64,000 nucleotides of DNA from Lama glama (Eukaryota). A program made the translations under genes and the position numbers. Every line of letters begins with the position of its first letter. Within the stretch, counting starts at the first letter, position 1. Positions 24,801-37,794 of the stretch are shown here, in pieces. The notes beneath the pieces were generated by a model, which was not told the origin of the DNA, did no database searches, and was given only the letters and a program-made list of their open reading frames with translations. The stretch is from the NCBI GenBank assembly GCA_028534125.1, contig CM052816.1, positions 62,001 to 126,000 on the forward strand, in the 5' to 3' direction.

Positions 24801-25479
24801 GAGTCTCATACTGCGCAGAACTGATGGATTTCATAGCACTAAGGGCACTGCCACCTCCTCCGGGGCTCTCCAGGTCCCACAGGCCACGCGGCTCCCCGAC
24901 CCTGCCAGCGCCTTGTGGTCCCTCTGTGTCTCTCAAGGTACAAAAGGCTCACCCCGCCTGCCAGCCTTGTCACCTCCAGCCTCTCAGACAGCACATGCTC
25001 ACTCCCCAAACAGCTTTACCTTCTTTCCATTTGCATCTGCCGTGGTGGTCACCAGCTGGCTGAATGAACTGTGGAGGGACTGAGTACAAGAAGAAAGGAT
25101 GGGCTTAGGTGGCCAGAGCTCGCAGCAAGACTGGAAGGGGTGTGGTCCTGAGTTGGCCTGATGCACACCCAAGGATTATATGCAGGAGATGATGGGCTGC
25201 TCTGAGTGGTAATCATGTCTGAGATTTTAGAAGGTCACGGAAGCTTTACAAAAATGGAGCCCCGGAATTCTTGCATTCATTCCCCTAACATCAAGCCTCT
25301 TGACGCCTTTGCATGCACAGTGTCTCAGCTCAGGGCCAAGGCCCTTCTTAGAACCAGTCTGGGCTCCTTGGTCCTGCTGGTGGCCTTGCTACTTAGTGTC
25401 TGCTTGTGTTCAGCATCCTTGTGTTCTGTCCTCTAGTCTTGAGGGATGGGTGAGTAGCTGAGCTCCTCAGACTGTGGCT

Positions 25480-26290
25480 TCCTGAGAGAGCAGAGGCGTG
25501 AGATCAGAGAACCCTCCGCCTAGAGACGGTAGCTAGACTGTAGGTTGAAACCACTCCTTACTATTCAACACACATAGACATAATGGGAACATAAACTGGA
25601 CGTGCACCCAACCAAAAGCCAGTTGAGAAATAGCATAAAAGAAGGCACATCTAACAGACAGAAGAACTTAGGCCTTGGACTAATAGAGTCGTCCCTAAAT
25701 GACTTTAATTAGAATATTTAATACATTCAGAGAGATCGAGGACGGAGCAGCACCCAGGGTATAAGGACAGGATATTCTAAAGTAAACACAGATGGCTGAA
25801 AACATTAATTGGGGGAATTTAAAATATATCATCACTGAAATCTAAAAAATCAATAGTGTCAATCAAGTATTCCACAGCAGAAAAACGGCTTTCACAAGGA
25901 AGGGGAAGCGAAGACATTCCCAGATCAGCCGAAGCTGAGGCGGTGTGTCACAAGCAGACTTGACCTATAAGAAATGCTAACAGAGCATCGGGCCGCAACA
26001 GAAGGACACTGGACCACAGTCTGAAGCTGTGGAAGGAATAAAGAACACGGTCGCGGTAGATGCATAGATGAATATAAAGGCCAATAGTACTGTGTTTTGG
26101 TTTGTGACTCCCTTTATTTTCCTACATGGTTTAAGAGAGATACGCATAAAATAATAATTCTAAATCTATGATAATAGACACACGTGTGTAGAAAGGATGT
26201 AATTTGTGTGACTGCAGTAAATGCTTTAATGTGGTTGCTGATCAATTTTATGTTATGTGAATTCGACCTCAATAAAAACAAATAAATAAA
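25480..26290 (+). mobile_element. old L1 ORF1/inter-ORF fragments ending in an L1MB-type 3' terminus
   Basis: 25945-26215 is homologous to 27880-28135 in this window. 26225-26290 reads aattttatgttatgtgaattcgacctcaataaaaa plus A-rich tail. Confidence 0.6.
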
Positions 26291-26306
26291 ATCAGTAGAA
26301 GAGCTT

Positions 26307-26690
26307 GTCTTGGGCCAGCCTCCCCAGGAGCAGGCGCTGAGATGAGGATTATTGCGCGGGCAGTTCATTAAGAAAATGTTCCCAGGAGAATCCACGCAGC
26401 CGGACGGGAGCTAGACAAGAAGGAGGAAAAGCTGGTGAAGGTAACGTCCAGCGGGAGGCGGCCTCAGCACGGCCCCGCGTAGGGACTGTGAGCACCACTG
26501 ACGTCTCAAAGCTGTCTTGATCTGAGACAGAGCATCTGAGCTTTCAAATGCGCACCCCCAACTTGCACTGGCTGTGTTCCATCCTGAGGGACACCAACTT
26601 CCAGAAACTTTCCTCTCTCTGCAGGCTCGGAAGTCAAGGTCAGCGTGCCAGCGGGGTCACAGGTGCTGATGATTGGAGTTCAAGTACACC
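26307..26690 (-). mobile_element. MaLR (MLT1-type) LTR
   Basis: tgtcttgggccagcctccccaggagcaggcgctgagatgaggatt...ttcattaagaaaatgttcccagg resembles the antisense end of old MLT1 LTRs. Confidence 0.55.
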
Positions 26691-26799
26691 AGGGTCCACG
26701 GAAAGAATCCCAAGGAACTTGGGTGGTCTGCAAAGGTCTGACCCAGAGCTTCACGTCGGAACTGGCCTCACTGACAGGCATGTTAGGGGTGAGGCATTC

Positions 26800-29700
26800 C
26801 CAGCATGCAAAACGGATAGAAATAAAGGTTAAGAAATATGGAGGACAATGCAGAGCTTCATACTTCTAATAGCAACGTGGCAAGAAGAGAATATATAGGA
26901 TGGTAGAGAGGGAAAATCTGAAGATACAATGGCCAAAAAATTTTCCATTAGTTAAAAAAGAGAAAGATATGAGTCTTCTGTTTGTTTAATCCCACTAAAG
27001 GCCAAGATGCGTATTCCTTTAAAAGTTCACTTAGACACAGCTTAGTAAAACTTCAGAAAACCAATAATAAATAGAAAAATCATAAATGCTCCAAATAAAA
27101 AGATACAAAGAAAGAGATGCAAGTTGAAATCAGACTATCTAATAAGGAATATATTGGATACCAGAAGACAATGGAGTCTTTTCTTTGAAAATTAAAGAAA
27201 AACAAATTTGAAGTTCCTACACCCGATCAAACTAGTCAAATAAATAAGAATGGATAAAAAAATATCTTGTTGGTAGAAAACAGACTATGGTTACCAAAGA
27301 GGAAGAGTAGGGAGGGAAAAATTAGAAGCTTGGGATTAACAGATATACAAAATAGAGAAACAACAAGGACCTACTGTATATATAGCACAGGGAACTATAT
27401 TCAATTCCTTGTAATAAGCTATAATGGAAAAGAATCTGAAACTGTATATATATGTATTATGTATGGATACGTATATGTATAACTGATATGTATAACTGAA
27501 TATACAGTTTTGCTGTACACCTGAAACTAACATTGTACATCAAATACACTTCAATAAAGAATGAAATTTAAAATCAGTCTCATCACATACGCAAGGACAC
27601 ATGATGTTTACTACATACAGAATCTCTCGGAAAAGTGCTACAGAACGTACTGCAATGAGAAGGAAAATGAGCCCAGAGGCTACGTTTTCTGATTACAGTG
27701 GAATTAGACTGGGAATCAGTAACAGAAGGATTTTCCAATTAAAAATCCCACTGTGTTTAAAAATTAAGAAATATACTTCGAAATAACTTTTGGGTCAAAG
27801 AGGATATTAGAAAATAGTTCAGACTGAATAATAGTGAAAATGAAAAATATCAAAGCCTGCCTTCCAAGACCTACCCTACAAGAAATGATAAGGGCGTCCC
27901 TTCAGGCTGCAATGAAGGACACTGAACGGTAGCTTGTAGCTATAAGAAGAAATAGCAGTGGTATGCTTATCAATACCTATATTGATAAGGATAAAGACCT
28001 GTTGAATTATATTATTCGCTTGTAAGTCTTCTTCTTTCCCTATATGATTTAAAAGACAAATCCATAAAACAATCATTATAAATCCAAGTTAATGGGTACA
28101 CAAGGTATGAAGATGTAGTTTGTGACAATGACAACATAAAGGAACCCAGAGCTGGACAGGAGCAAGGTTTTGTAAACTCCTGAAGCGAAGTAATTAAAAC
28201 TGGACTGTTATAAGTTTAAGGTGTTAATTTTAATCCTTAAGGGAACCACCAAGAAAATAACTAAAAAATACACAGAGATGGAAACTGAGAAGAGAATCAG
28301 GACAGTCTGCTAGAAAAACTCAAACAAAAGAGAAGGCAGTAATGGAGGAACTGAGGAACAAAAAGATATGACATGTAGAAAACAAATATCAAAATATAGA
28401 AGTAAGTCCTTCTTTATCAGTAATTATTTTAAATAGAAACTGATTAAATTCTCCAATTAAAAAATAAAAACTGAGAATGGATAAAAAAAACCCAAAAGCA
28501 TAATTCATCTATATGCTATCTATAGAAGATTTGCTCTAGATACAAAGATGCAAATAAGTTGAAAATGAAAGAACGGAAAAAAGATATTTCATGCAAATAT
28601 TAACCAACAAAGAGCAGAGATGGATTTACAGATGAATCAGGTTTTACAGAAAAAATATTACAGGAGAGCAAGAAGGACATTATATATTGAAAGATGTCCC
28701 AGTCCATTACATAACAATTATAAATATATATGTACCTAACAAGAGATACCTAAAATATATGAAGCAAAAGTGGACAGAATTGAAAGGAGAAAGAGACAGT
28801 TCTACAGAAATGGTTGAAGATTTTAGTGTTTCACTATCATTGATGGGTAGAATAACAGACAGAAGACCAATAAGAAAATAGAGGACTTGAACAACACTGT
28901 AGATCAACTAGACCTAACAGATGAATACAGAACACTCCACCCAACAACAGAAGACATGTTTTATTCAAATGCACATGGAACGTTCTCCAGGCTATACCAC
29001 ATGTTAGACAACAAAATAAGTCTTAATAAATTTAAAAACATTGAAATCATACAAAATATCTTCCCCAACCACAATGGGGTGAAACAAGAAATCAATAACA
29101 GAAAGAAACTTGGAGAATTCACCCTTGTGTGGAAATTCAACAACACATTTTTAAACAATCAATGCCCTAAAGAAAAAAAATTACAAAGGGAATTAGAAAG
29201 TAGTTTATGATGAATAAAAACAAAACACAACATACCAAAAATTAGGTATGCAGCAAAAGCAGCACTCAGAGGGAAATTTATGGCTGCAAACAGCTACATA
29301 AAGAAAGAAGAAATATCTCAAATCAATAACCTAACTTTGTACTGGAAGAAACTAGACAAAGAAGGGTAAACTAAATCAAGCTTGGAGAAGTTAAATGAAG
29401 TATAGAAAAATGGAGACAATCAATGAAATGAAAAGTTGGTTCTTTGAAAAGATCAACAAAATAGACAAATTTTTAGCTAGACCTAAGAAAAATGTAGAGA
29501 AGACTCAAACTGCTAAAAATTAGTAAGTGGGGACATTACTATGGACCTTACAGAAATAGGATTGTCAAAGAGTGCTATGAACAATTGTCTGTCAACCAAT
29601 TAGATAACCTGGTGAAATGGGTCAATTCCTAGAAACACTTAAAAAAAAGCCACAAAAATAGGAAATCTGAATAGACATAAGTAAGAAGATTGAATTGATA

Positions 29701-30690
29701 AGCAATCCTTCCAACAAAGAAAAGTTCAGGATTAGGTGGCTTCATTGGTAGATTCTATCAAACATTTAAAGAATGGAAAAAGATATTTCCTCCTCAAACT
29801 CTTCCAAAAATTAGAAGAGGAGGGGACACTTCCTAACTCGTTCTATGATGCCAGTATTATCCGGATACCAGAGCCAGACAAAGACACCACAAGAAAACTA
29901 AAAACAAACAGCATCTCTTACGAATATAGGTGTAAAAATTCTCAACAAAATACTGGTAAAAATGAATCCAACAGAATATTGAAAGCTGTATACACTAAGA
30001 CCAAGTGAAATTCACTCCAAGAATCTAAAAGTGGCTCAACAAACAAAATTAATTAATGGAAAACACCATATTAATAGAATAAAGGGAAAAACACACATAA
30101 CCAACTCAATTTTTCAAAAAAGCATTTGACAGGATACAACATATTTTCATACATAAAATAACATTCAATAAATTAGGAATAGAAAGAAATTTCCTCAAAA
30201 TGATAAAGGGCTTATGCGAGAAACCCTCAGCAAACAGCATACTCAGTAATGAAAGACTGAGGTGTTTCCCCTGAGATCAGGACAAGACAAGGATGCCCGT
30301 TTTCCTTACTGCTATTCAACATCGTATTGGCAGTCCTAGTCAGGGCAATTAGACAAGGAAAAGACTATTTGTATTTGTAAAATTGTTTTTAAAAATCAAT
30401 GTATTTGTATACACTAGCAATGAACACTCTAAAAATGAAATTAAGAAATAAATTCCATTTATAATAACATACTTACCAAGAATACTCCCCAAGGAAGCAC
30501 AAGGCTTGTACACTGGAAACTCAAAACATTGTTGGAAAAAAAATTAAAGACCTAAATAAATGGAAATACATCCCATGTTCATGGATTGGAAGACTGAATA
30601 TCATCAGAATGGCAATATCCCCCCAAATGATCTACAGATTAAATGAAATGCCCAGCAAAATCCCAGTGTCCTTTTTGCAGAAGTGAGCAT
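26800..30690 (+). mobile_element. composite L1 block: ORF1 fragment, nested L1 3'UTR (27270-27570), then inter-ORF plus ORF2 (EN and RT), decayed
   Basis: ORF-track peptides ITIINIYVPNKR (endonuclease), NAHGTFSRLYHML, and [23 protein letters not shown] (RT). gatcaggacaagacaaggatgccc near 30275. Confidence 0.9.
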
Positions 30691-30714
30691 GCTAAGATAT
30701 GTTAGTTATATGAA

Positions 30715-33470
30715 ACTAGAAACCACCAGCTGCCACGTTCCATAGAAGGACCTCAAAAACATTGCATATTATCAAGAGCACATGGTGTGCCCCAGAGAGG
30801 TGTCCTCTGTGGGCAGAGCTAAACATAGGAGATGCTGTTCCCAAACTGGGCTCCCTGGTAGCAGTGGGGAGGTTGGGTCCTGGAATAGTGGAGGTTGGGC
30901 AATACGTGACTATCAGAAGCAAGACGGACAATTACCACAATAGGCAGCAAAGTCAGAATGGCAGCCAGGGGATCTGACCCTCAGGTGTCTATGGAGATGA
31001 ACTTGGTGAGAACTTGGTGTTTCTAGGGCAAGACAGATAGGCAGCTAATACACAAAATCAGAATAAGAAGACCGAGGCAACCATCCCAGTGGAAAGTCCA
31101 ATCTCCCCCTTTGTTTCCAGATCTGAGCCAGTTTTCAGACCCAGAACCCTGGTCCAATGAAGCTGCACGCCTTGGCAAGAGTGTACAGTGGTAACTTCTC
31201 CAGTCTTTCCCAGCAGGATTTGTGGTCGTTTACACAGTAATTATATCTTGGGAAAAGGAGAACCCCCAGGTCTTTCAAGGGCTGTTGAACACAGGGTGCA
31301 AGTTCACTCTGATAGTTAGGGACCCAAAGTGCCACATGGCCTTCCTGAAGGAGAAGAAGGGTACAGGGACCATTAATAAGTAAGGTCCTGGTCCTGGCCT
31401 GTCTCGGTGTCCACCTGGTGGTCACTCTTCAAATTTCCAAAAGCCAAGGACATTGGATACCTTGAAAAGACACTCTGCAGTGTAGGCAGTAAACCCTAAA
31501 AAGATTCAGACACCTGCCCCACTGGTGTGGGATCCAAGCTCCTGTGGCGTGGGACTTACTGGGGTTTCTCCTCCAAAGCGAAGGGCAAAGCACTGCATCT
31601 CGCATCCCCTCCCACCCAAAAGGACGTGCAGTGCCCCTCTGCTTCTTGGAGGTAGCATGTTCTGCACTTGGGGATACTGTATCACATGGGGCCCAGACAG
31701 GAAAGGACATTATGTCGGGTCCTGGCTGCAGGGCAAACAGACTTCCCAATTAGATCATGCAATTCATTAGATCCCGTGACGCCAGAGAGATGTGGGGTGC
31801 AGACAGACACTGTGAGGAGCGTTAGACCAGCACCAGTGGGAAGTTCACAAGGCAGACCCTCCTTGTTCACCAGTTTTACAGTTCCCAGCATGCACCAGAC
31901 ACTGGCAGAAAGTCGGCATCCGACCGTGGCGGCTGAATGGTCATGTAGCCAGAGCTGCTGCCCATGACGAGCCCTGTGGGGCCCACCAAGTCCCAGGTTA
32001 AATGAACCCTGCTGCTCACCATCATGGTTCACTGGGATTGGGTCCACGTAGGTCCGGGGAGGAGTAAGCTTCAGCGACAGTTAGTTGAGTTCTTCATGCC
32101 ACCCTCTGCTGTCACAAGGATGGTTTTCCTTAGCCCTCCTGGCCTCCTGGGGGTCCCTGGGACCAGCTGACAGAGAAGAACGAATCTAGACGGGTTGGCT
32201 TGGTGAGCAGACTGCTGCTGTACTCAGGGGAAGCCTTGAAAACAGTGATGAGGGAGAACCACCCAAGGGGCGAGCTCCAGGAAGAGCACTTGGCCAACCA
32301 CCTTGTGGCCCAATATAAGGGTATAAAGGGTACAGGGGGAAAATGTCTGGCCAAAGGTGAGCATAAAATGAATTATCTATTGGTAAGTGTCCCACAAGGA
32401 GCAAATTGGAAGAGGGAAGAGGCACATTATGGGAGGTCTAGGGAGTGGGTACAAAGTGCGAGATCATTCTATCACACACTAAAGCCAACCGAGAGCACCC
32501 ACTGCAGAAGAGGCAGCCACCACCAAGTGTTGTGCAGGGAGCTCATGGAAGCTAATGAGAGACCAAAGCTGAGGCGCTGCACAATCCCCTGAGGAGACCA
32601 GCTAACCAACTGGGGCCGCGTTGCCCACGATTGGACAAGGTTTCATTCTGATCAGAACTGACTTTGTCTTTCCTGCTTGCAGTGTTTCAGCCAACACCAA
32701 TCTCAGCTCACCAGTGTCTGATTTTCCTCGATGAGATCCTACAGAATCTCACCCAAGGGATCTTCTTTAGAACATGACCGTCCACTGGTCCTACTACCTC
32801 TCCCACTATTTGGAAGCTGCCTTTGGCTGGCCTCTGGAAGGTGTGGATGAGACACTAGCTTTAGAAGTAAAAAATCTAGGAGGGTGTGGCACTATGTCTC
32901 AGGGTGTGGCATGCACTTTACATCAGTTCCTGCTATACAGTGCAGAGAACTTTGTTCCTTAAAAAGAGATCCTACTACCAGGGAGTGCAGTAGGATTCCC
33001 ACCAGCCTTCAAGTGATAGCGTCCACCTGACTGAGTACCTCTGCTGGGAGGGCTAACAGGCCTTGATCATCAAAAGAAGTTGGGTTGGGGCCACATAATG
33101 GAGGCAGAGGCAGAGGCAGAAAGAGTATGCTTGGGACCCAGGCAATCCCTGGGAGTGTCTCCTGCTCCTCCCATGCCCAGTTGTGACTGCAGGCAGCAAG
33201 TGTGGCCACCATGGCCTGAGGAGGGTCTCATACTCCTCAGGGATGAGCAGCCACATTACCCTCTGCCCCGTGACAAGCCTGCAAGGCCTGCAAAAGGGAG
33301 TGGGATGTAGAGAGGGGAGGAGGAGGATGGCAAGTATCATCAGGCTCGAGACCAACCACAATATCACGATCATAGTTTATCCCACTGTGCTCTTTAACAT
33401 TTTCTCAGAAATGTGACCAACAAAATCTCAAGGACGCTAGCCAGATAGAATGGATTTAATAAGAGAAGTG
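30715..33470 (+). mobile_element. ERV-L internal region (ERV3-16A3-like): decayed gag, protease, partial pol and integrase
   Basis: From about 31270 the translation VFQGLLNTGCKFTLIVRDPKCH matches ERV-L protease GLLDTGSELTLIPGDPK. Further relics match NP.KIQ (31490), WGP.. (31688), DQLTE (32160) and TIP.GDQ (32580). Confidence 0.8.
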
Positions 33471-33473
33471 AGG

Positions 33474-33838
33474 AAGTGGTGGATGCCCTTGGTTTTCCTC
33501 CCAGATCCTCCGTAACAGCTGATGTACCCACTGCCAGCTGCTGTGAGTGTTGGCTGGAGCAGCTCACAGCTGTCTCTTCTCAAGAGTGTGCTCCTTGCCC
33601 AAGTGGGAGTGCCTGGTCTGGGAGGCTAGCACCACCCTCCTGCAGGGCAGACCACAGCCAGGGACCATGAAAGATCGGACAGGATGGCCAGCCCTTTGCC
33701 TTAAGGTGGCAACAACTCTGCCACCAGCTCTTGTGCAAGAGTTTTCCTGCGGGCTTCAGTGCAGACCATATCCTGGCTTAGCTTCCTTCTCCACCGGCGC
33801 TGCTGCTCCACACCTATTATCCCTATTCTCCTGAGAGC
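33474..33838 (+). mobile_element. LTR16-like 3' LTR, truncated by an L1
   Basis: gtggtggatgcc...cccagatcc...ccagctgctgtgagtgttggctg...cagctcacagctg...cctgagagca matches the recalled LTR16 layout and directly follows the ERV-L internal sequence. Confidence 0.7.
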
Positions 33839-36080
33839 AAAAACCCAGCAAAAGTTGTGCAAGATCTCTACCCAAAAAACTAGAGACAGTATTGGAAGAA
33901 ATTTAAAAACCCCTAAATAAAATGAGAACTCTGTAATAGCCATGAGTCAAAACACCGAATACAGTAAGACACCAATTCTTTACAAACTGGACTATAAAGC
34001 CAGTGTTACTGCAATAAAAAATCCCATCATGTTGTGTACATTGAGAAGCTGATTCCAAAATTTATATAGAAGCACAAAGGTGCAAATATCCAAGACACAA
34101 CTGAAGATGCAGAACAGAAGGGTTTCCTCCCTTGGATATGATAAAGCTATAGTAATTAAGACAGTGAAGTGTTGGTGTACAAATAAACAAAAGGGCCAGA
34201 GGAATGGAAGAGAGAGCTGAGAAGTAGACACATCTCAATGTGGACACGTGATACAAGGAAAAATAACTCCACGGTGGTAGGGAAAGGGTGATGCTTTCAA
34301 TATCTATGTGGAAAAACAATGAAACTTGACTCCTACCTGCCACCTTGTCAATTCCAGGTGCATTTTGATCCAACTGTGAAAGATAAAGCTGCTAGAAAAT
34401 AAAGTAAAATATCATCACAATATTTGGTAGTAGGCAAATTATTTCCTTAAAAGGGTGTATACCCACACAAAAAGCATTAGTCATGAGGGAAAATATGAAA
34501 TTTTTGACATTATAATTAAATTTTTCTGTTCATCTGAAAACACTACTAAGATAGTGAAAAACCACAGAGTTTAAGAAGATATTTGTAACTCATAAAACTG
34601 ACATATATAAAGAATTCCAAACAATCAAGAAGACAGATAACCCAACAGAAAAATGGGTGAGACTTAAATCAACACTCCATAAAAGGTGAGACTCAAATAA
34701 CCAGCTCATTAGTCATCAGTGAAATGCAAATTAAAATCATAATGACATACAACTACATACTCACCATAATACCTAATAGTTTTTTTTAAAAAACTAACCA
34801 TGTGAAACAATAAATATTCTTAGGCATTTCTGAAAAACGTTTAAATTGGTTCAGTTGTTTCAGCATTTTCTACTTAAGTTGAATATGCCTCCATCCTTTG
34901 ACTTAGCAATCCACTTTTAGGTATATACCCAAAAGAAATATGTATACATGCACACCAAGAAATACAAATAAACTATGTTCATAGACTCATTATTTACAAT
35001 TGTGCAAAACAGTGAAAAAAATATCCAGTCAACAGAAGATATTTAAAAAGAGTGGTATATTCATACAATGGCATACATACAGCAATGGAATACTATACAG
35101 CAATGAAAATAAACAGCCTACAACAAGCAACAATATGCATGAATCTCACAGTTCTAATATTGAGTAAAAGAAGCTGAACACAACAAAGCATATACTCTGT
35201 AGTTCCATTTATCCAAAGTTCAAAAAAAAGTCAAGACTAAACTATGATGTTCAGGAATGCAGGTGAAAAGAAAAACAAAGAAATTGCTGTTGTACAGTCA
35301 GGGTAGTGGTCGCCTGGAGGAAGTTCCAAGGAGGAGGAAAGAGGGAGTTATTAGGAGAAGTACAAGGAAGTTTCTGGGCTGCTAGATACATTTTATTTCT
35401 TGATCTGGGTGGCATTCCCACCATAAATGCACTTCCTTTATGATAACTTTCAGCTGTGTAATCTTGTTTTGTGAAATTGTATGGATGGATATTATTTTTC
35501 AAATGAAAAAAGATTTTTAATAAAAAATAAAGGATGCAATTACACAGCTAGCAGATAAAAGCCAACTTCCAAGAATTAACAGAATTTTAAAGTAACTTCC
35601 AAAAATGTAATATATAATCACAGAAATTTTAAAAAAAGATAACACATTGTGGATGGGTTCAGCAGCAGATTAGTTATGGCTGAAGAGAGAAGAAGTGAAG
35701 TGGAAGTCATATCTGATGAATTTATCCAGAATGCAGGAGAGAAGAAAAGAAGATGGAAAATATGAAGGGGAGATTCAGCGATACAGGAGGATACAGTGAG
35801 AGGATCTAATCTGTGTCTGTTTGGAATCTCTGAAGAAGAAAATTGTGAGAATTTATTTGGGAATGGCCGCATACATTAAGAGAATTAGTACTAAGAAAAT
35901 TTTACAAAACTGATGAAAAATATAAATCCACAGGTGCAGGAAGCATAACATATCCTACAGCTAGATACATTATAGTGAAATTAAAGAATATCAACAACAA
36001 AGAGAATTTCTTGCAAAAACCCAGAGAGAGAGGTGAAAGCACCTTCAAAAGAAAGAGACAGAGACTTCTGAACAGCAAAG
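33839..36080 (+). mobile_element. old L1 ORF2 3' part plus 3'UTR (to ~35530), then an ORF1 fragment
   Basis: aagctgattccaaaatttatatag, gaaatgcaaattaaaa, ttaggtatatacccaaaagaaa. ORF1-like agcagattagttatggctgaagagag near 35665. Confidence 0.8.
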
Positions 36081-36085
36081 CTACC

Positions 36086-36565
36086 ATGGTAGCCCCCAAA
36101 ATTGCTTCCAGTAACCCTCACCTCTTTTGTGCCTTTTTTGTAGTCCCCTTCCACATACATAGGGTTGGCCCTGTGTAACCCATAGGATATTGAGGAAGTG
36201 ATGATGTATGACTTCCAATGCTAAAATACAAACAGCATTCATACTTCCACCTTGGTCTCTTGGATTGCACGTTCTGGAGGAAGTCAACCACTGCAGACGG
36301 AGAGTACCCAGTAGACCTGGGAAAGGTCCTTGTGGAGAGAAACTGAGGCCTCTACCCAATAGCCACGTGACTGGCCTATCCTCAAAGCAGATCTCCAGGC
36401 CTCTCAAACCTTCAGGCAATATCCAATCTTATGACAGACCTTGAGGCAGAACAGAACAGCCAAGCCACTCCCAAATTCCTTATCCACTGAAACCATCGAA
36501 AATTATCTTTGTGTTAAGCCACTAAGTTTTGATGCAGTTTGTTTTGCAGCAATAGATTCAATTCA
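36086..36565 (+). mobile_element. MaLR MLT1F-like LTR
   Basis: gaaactgaggcctc...aagccactcccaaattcct...ttaagccactaagttttg...tttgttttgcagcaatagat is a classic MLT1 3' end. Confidence 0.8.
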
Positions 36566-36638
36566 TTAGAATAATAGCTACTAAGTTTTGAGAGAAAATA
36601 AATGCCAACATAAAATTGTATACTGAGCAAATCTATTC

Positions 36639-37138
36639 NNNNNNNNNNNNNNNNNNNNNNNNNNNNNNNNNNNNNNNNNNNNNNNNNNNNNNNNNNNNNN
36701 NNNNNNNNNNNNNNNNNNNNNNNNNNNNNNNNNNNNNNNNNNNNNNNNNNNNNNNNNNNNNNNNNNNNNNNNNNNNNNNNNNNNNNNNNNNNNNNNNNNN
36801 NNNNNNNNNNNNNNNNNNNNNNNNNNNNNNNNNNNNNNNNNNNNNNNNNNNNNNNNNNNNNNNNNNNNNNNNNNNNNNNNNNNNNNNNNNNNNNNNNNNN
36901 NNNNNNNNNNNNNNNNNNNNNNNNNNNNNNNNNNNNNNNNNNNNNNNNNNNNNNNNNNNNNNNNNNNNNNNNNNNNNNNNNNNNNNNNNNNNNNNNNNNN
37001 NNNNNNNNNNNNNNNNNNNNNNNNNNNNNNNNNNNNNNNNNNNNNNNNNNNNNNNNNNNNNNNNNNNNNNNNNNNNNNNNNNNNNNNNNNNNNNNNNNNN
37101 NNNNNNNNNNNNNNNNNNNNNNNNNNNNNNNNNNNNNN
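36639..37138. other. assembly gap (500 N)
   Basis: Run of N. Confidence 1.
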
Positions 37139-37597
37139 AAAAATGACAACAGAATGCCATTTGCAGCAACATGGAGGTCCCTGGAGAGTGTCATTCTAAG
37201 TGAAGTAAGCCAGAAAGAGAAAGAAAAATACCACATGATATCACTCATATGTGGAATCTAAAAAAAAAAAAGAAGAAGAAGACAAATGAACTTAAATATA
37301 AAACAGAAACAGACTCATAGACATACAATACAAATTTGTGGTTGCCAGTGGGGAGGGGAGGGGAGTGGGAAGGGACAGACTGGGAGTTCGAGATTTGTAG
37401 ATACTGACAGGTATATATAGACTAGATAAACAAGTTTATACTGTATAGCACAGGGAAATATACACAAGATCTTGTAGTAGCTCATGGTGAAAAAGAATAT
37501 GAAAATGTATATATGTATATTCACGTATGACTGAAAATTGTGTTGTACACCAGAAATTTACACAACATTGTAAACTGACTGTCACTCAATAAAAAAA
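37139..37597 (+). mobile_element. young camelid-type L1 3' end
   Basis: atgccatttgcagcaacatgg...ctaagtgaagtaagccagaaagagaaag...ctcaataaaaaaa. Highly similar to 15261-15587. Confidence 0.88.
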
Positions 37598-37794
37598 TAA
37601 TCAGCATGTAGAAATTTCAAGCCTGCATGGAGAAAAATCAATTAGTGGGATGGATATTAGAACAAAAATCTCCATTTATAAAACAAGGCAAGAAAGTAGA
37701 AAAAAACAGCAAAATTGGTTAACGTGGAACATAAAATGATAGAAACAAGTCCAGATATATCAATAATTACAGTAAATACGTGGGGTCTTCTTAC

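Noticed and set aside
36514..37248. Long ORFs spanning the second gap
   Set aside because: Artefacts of 500 N translated as X.
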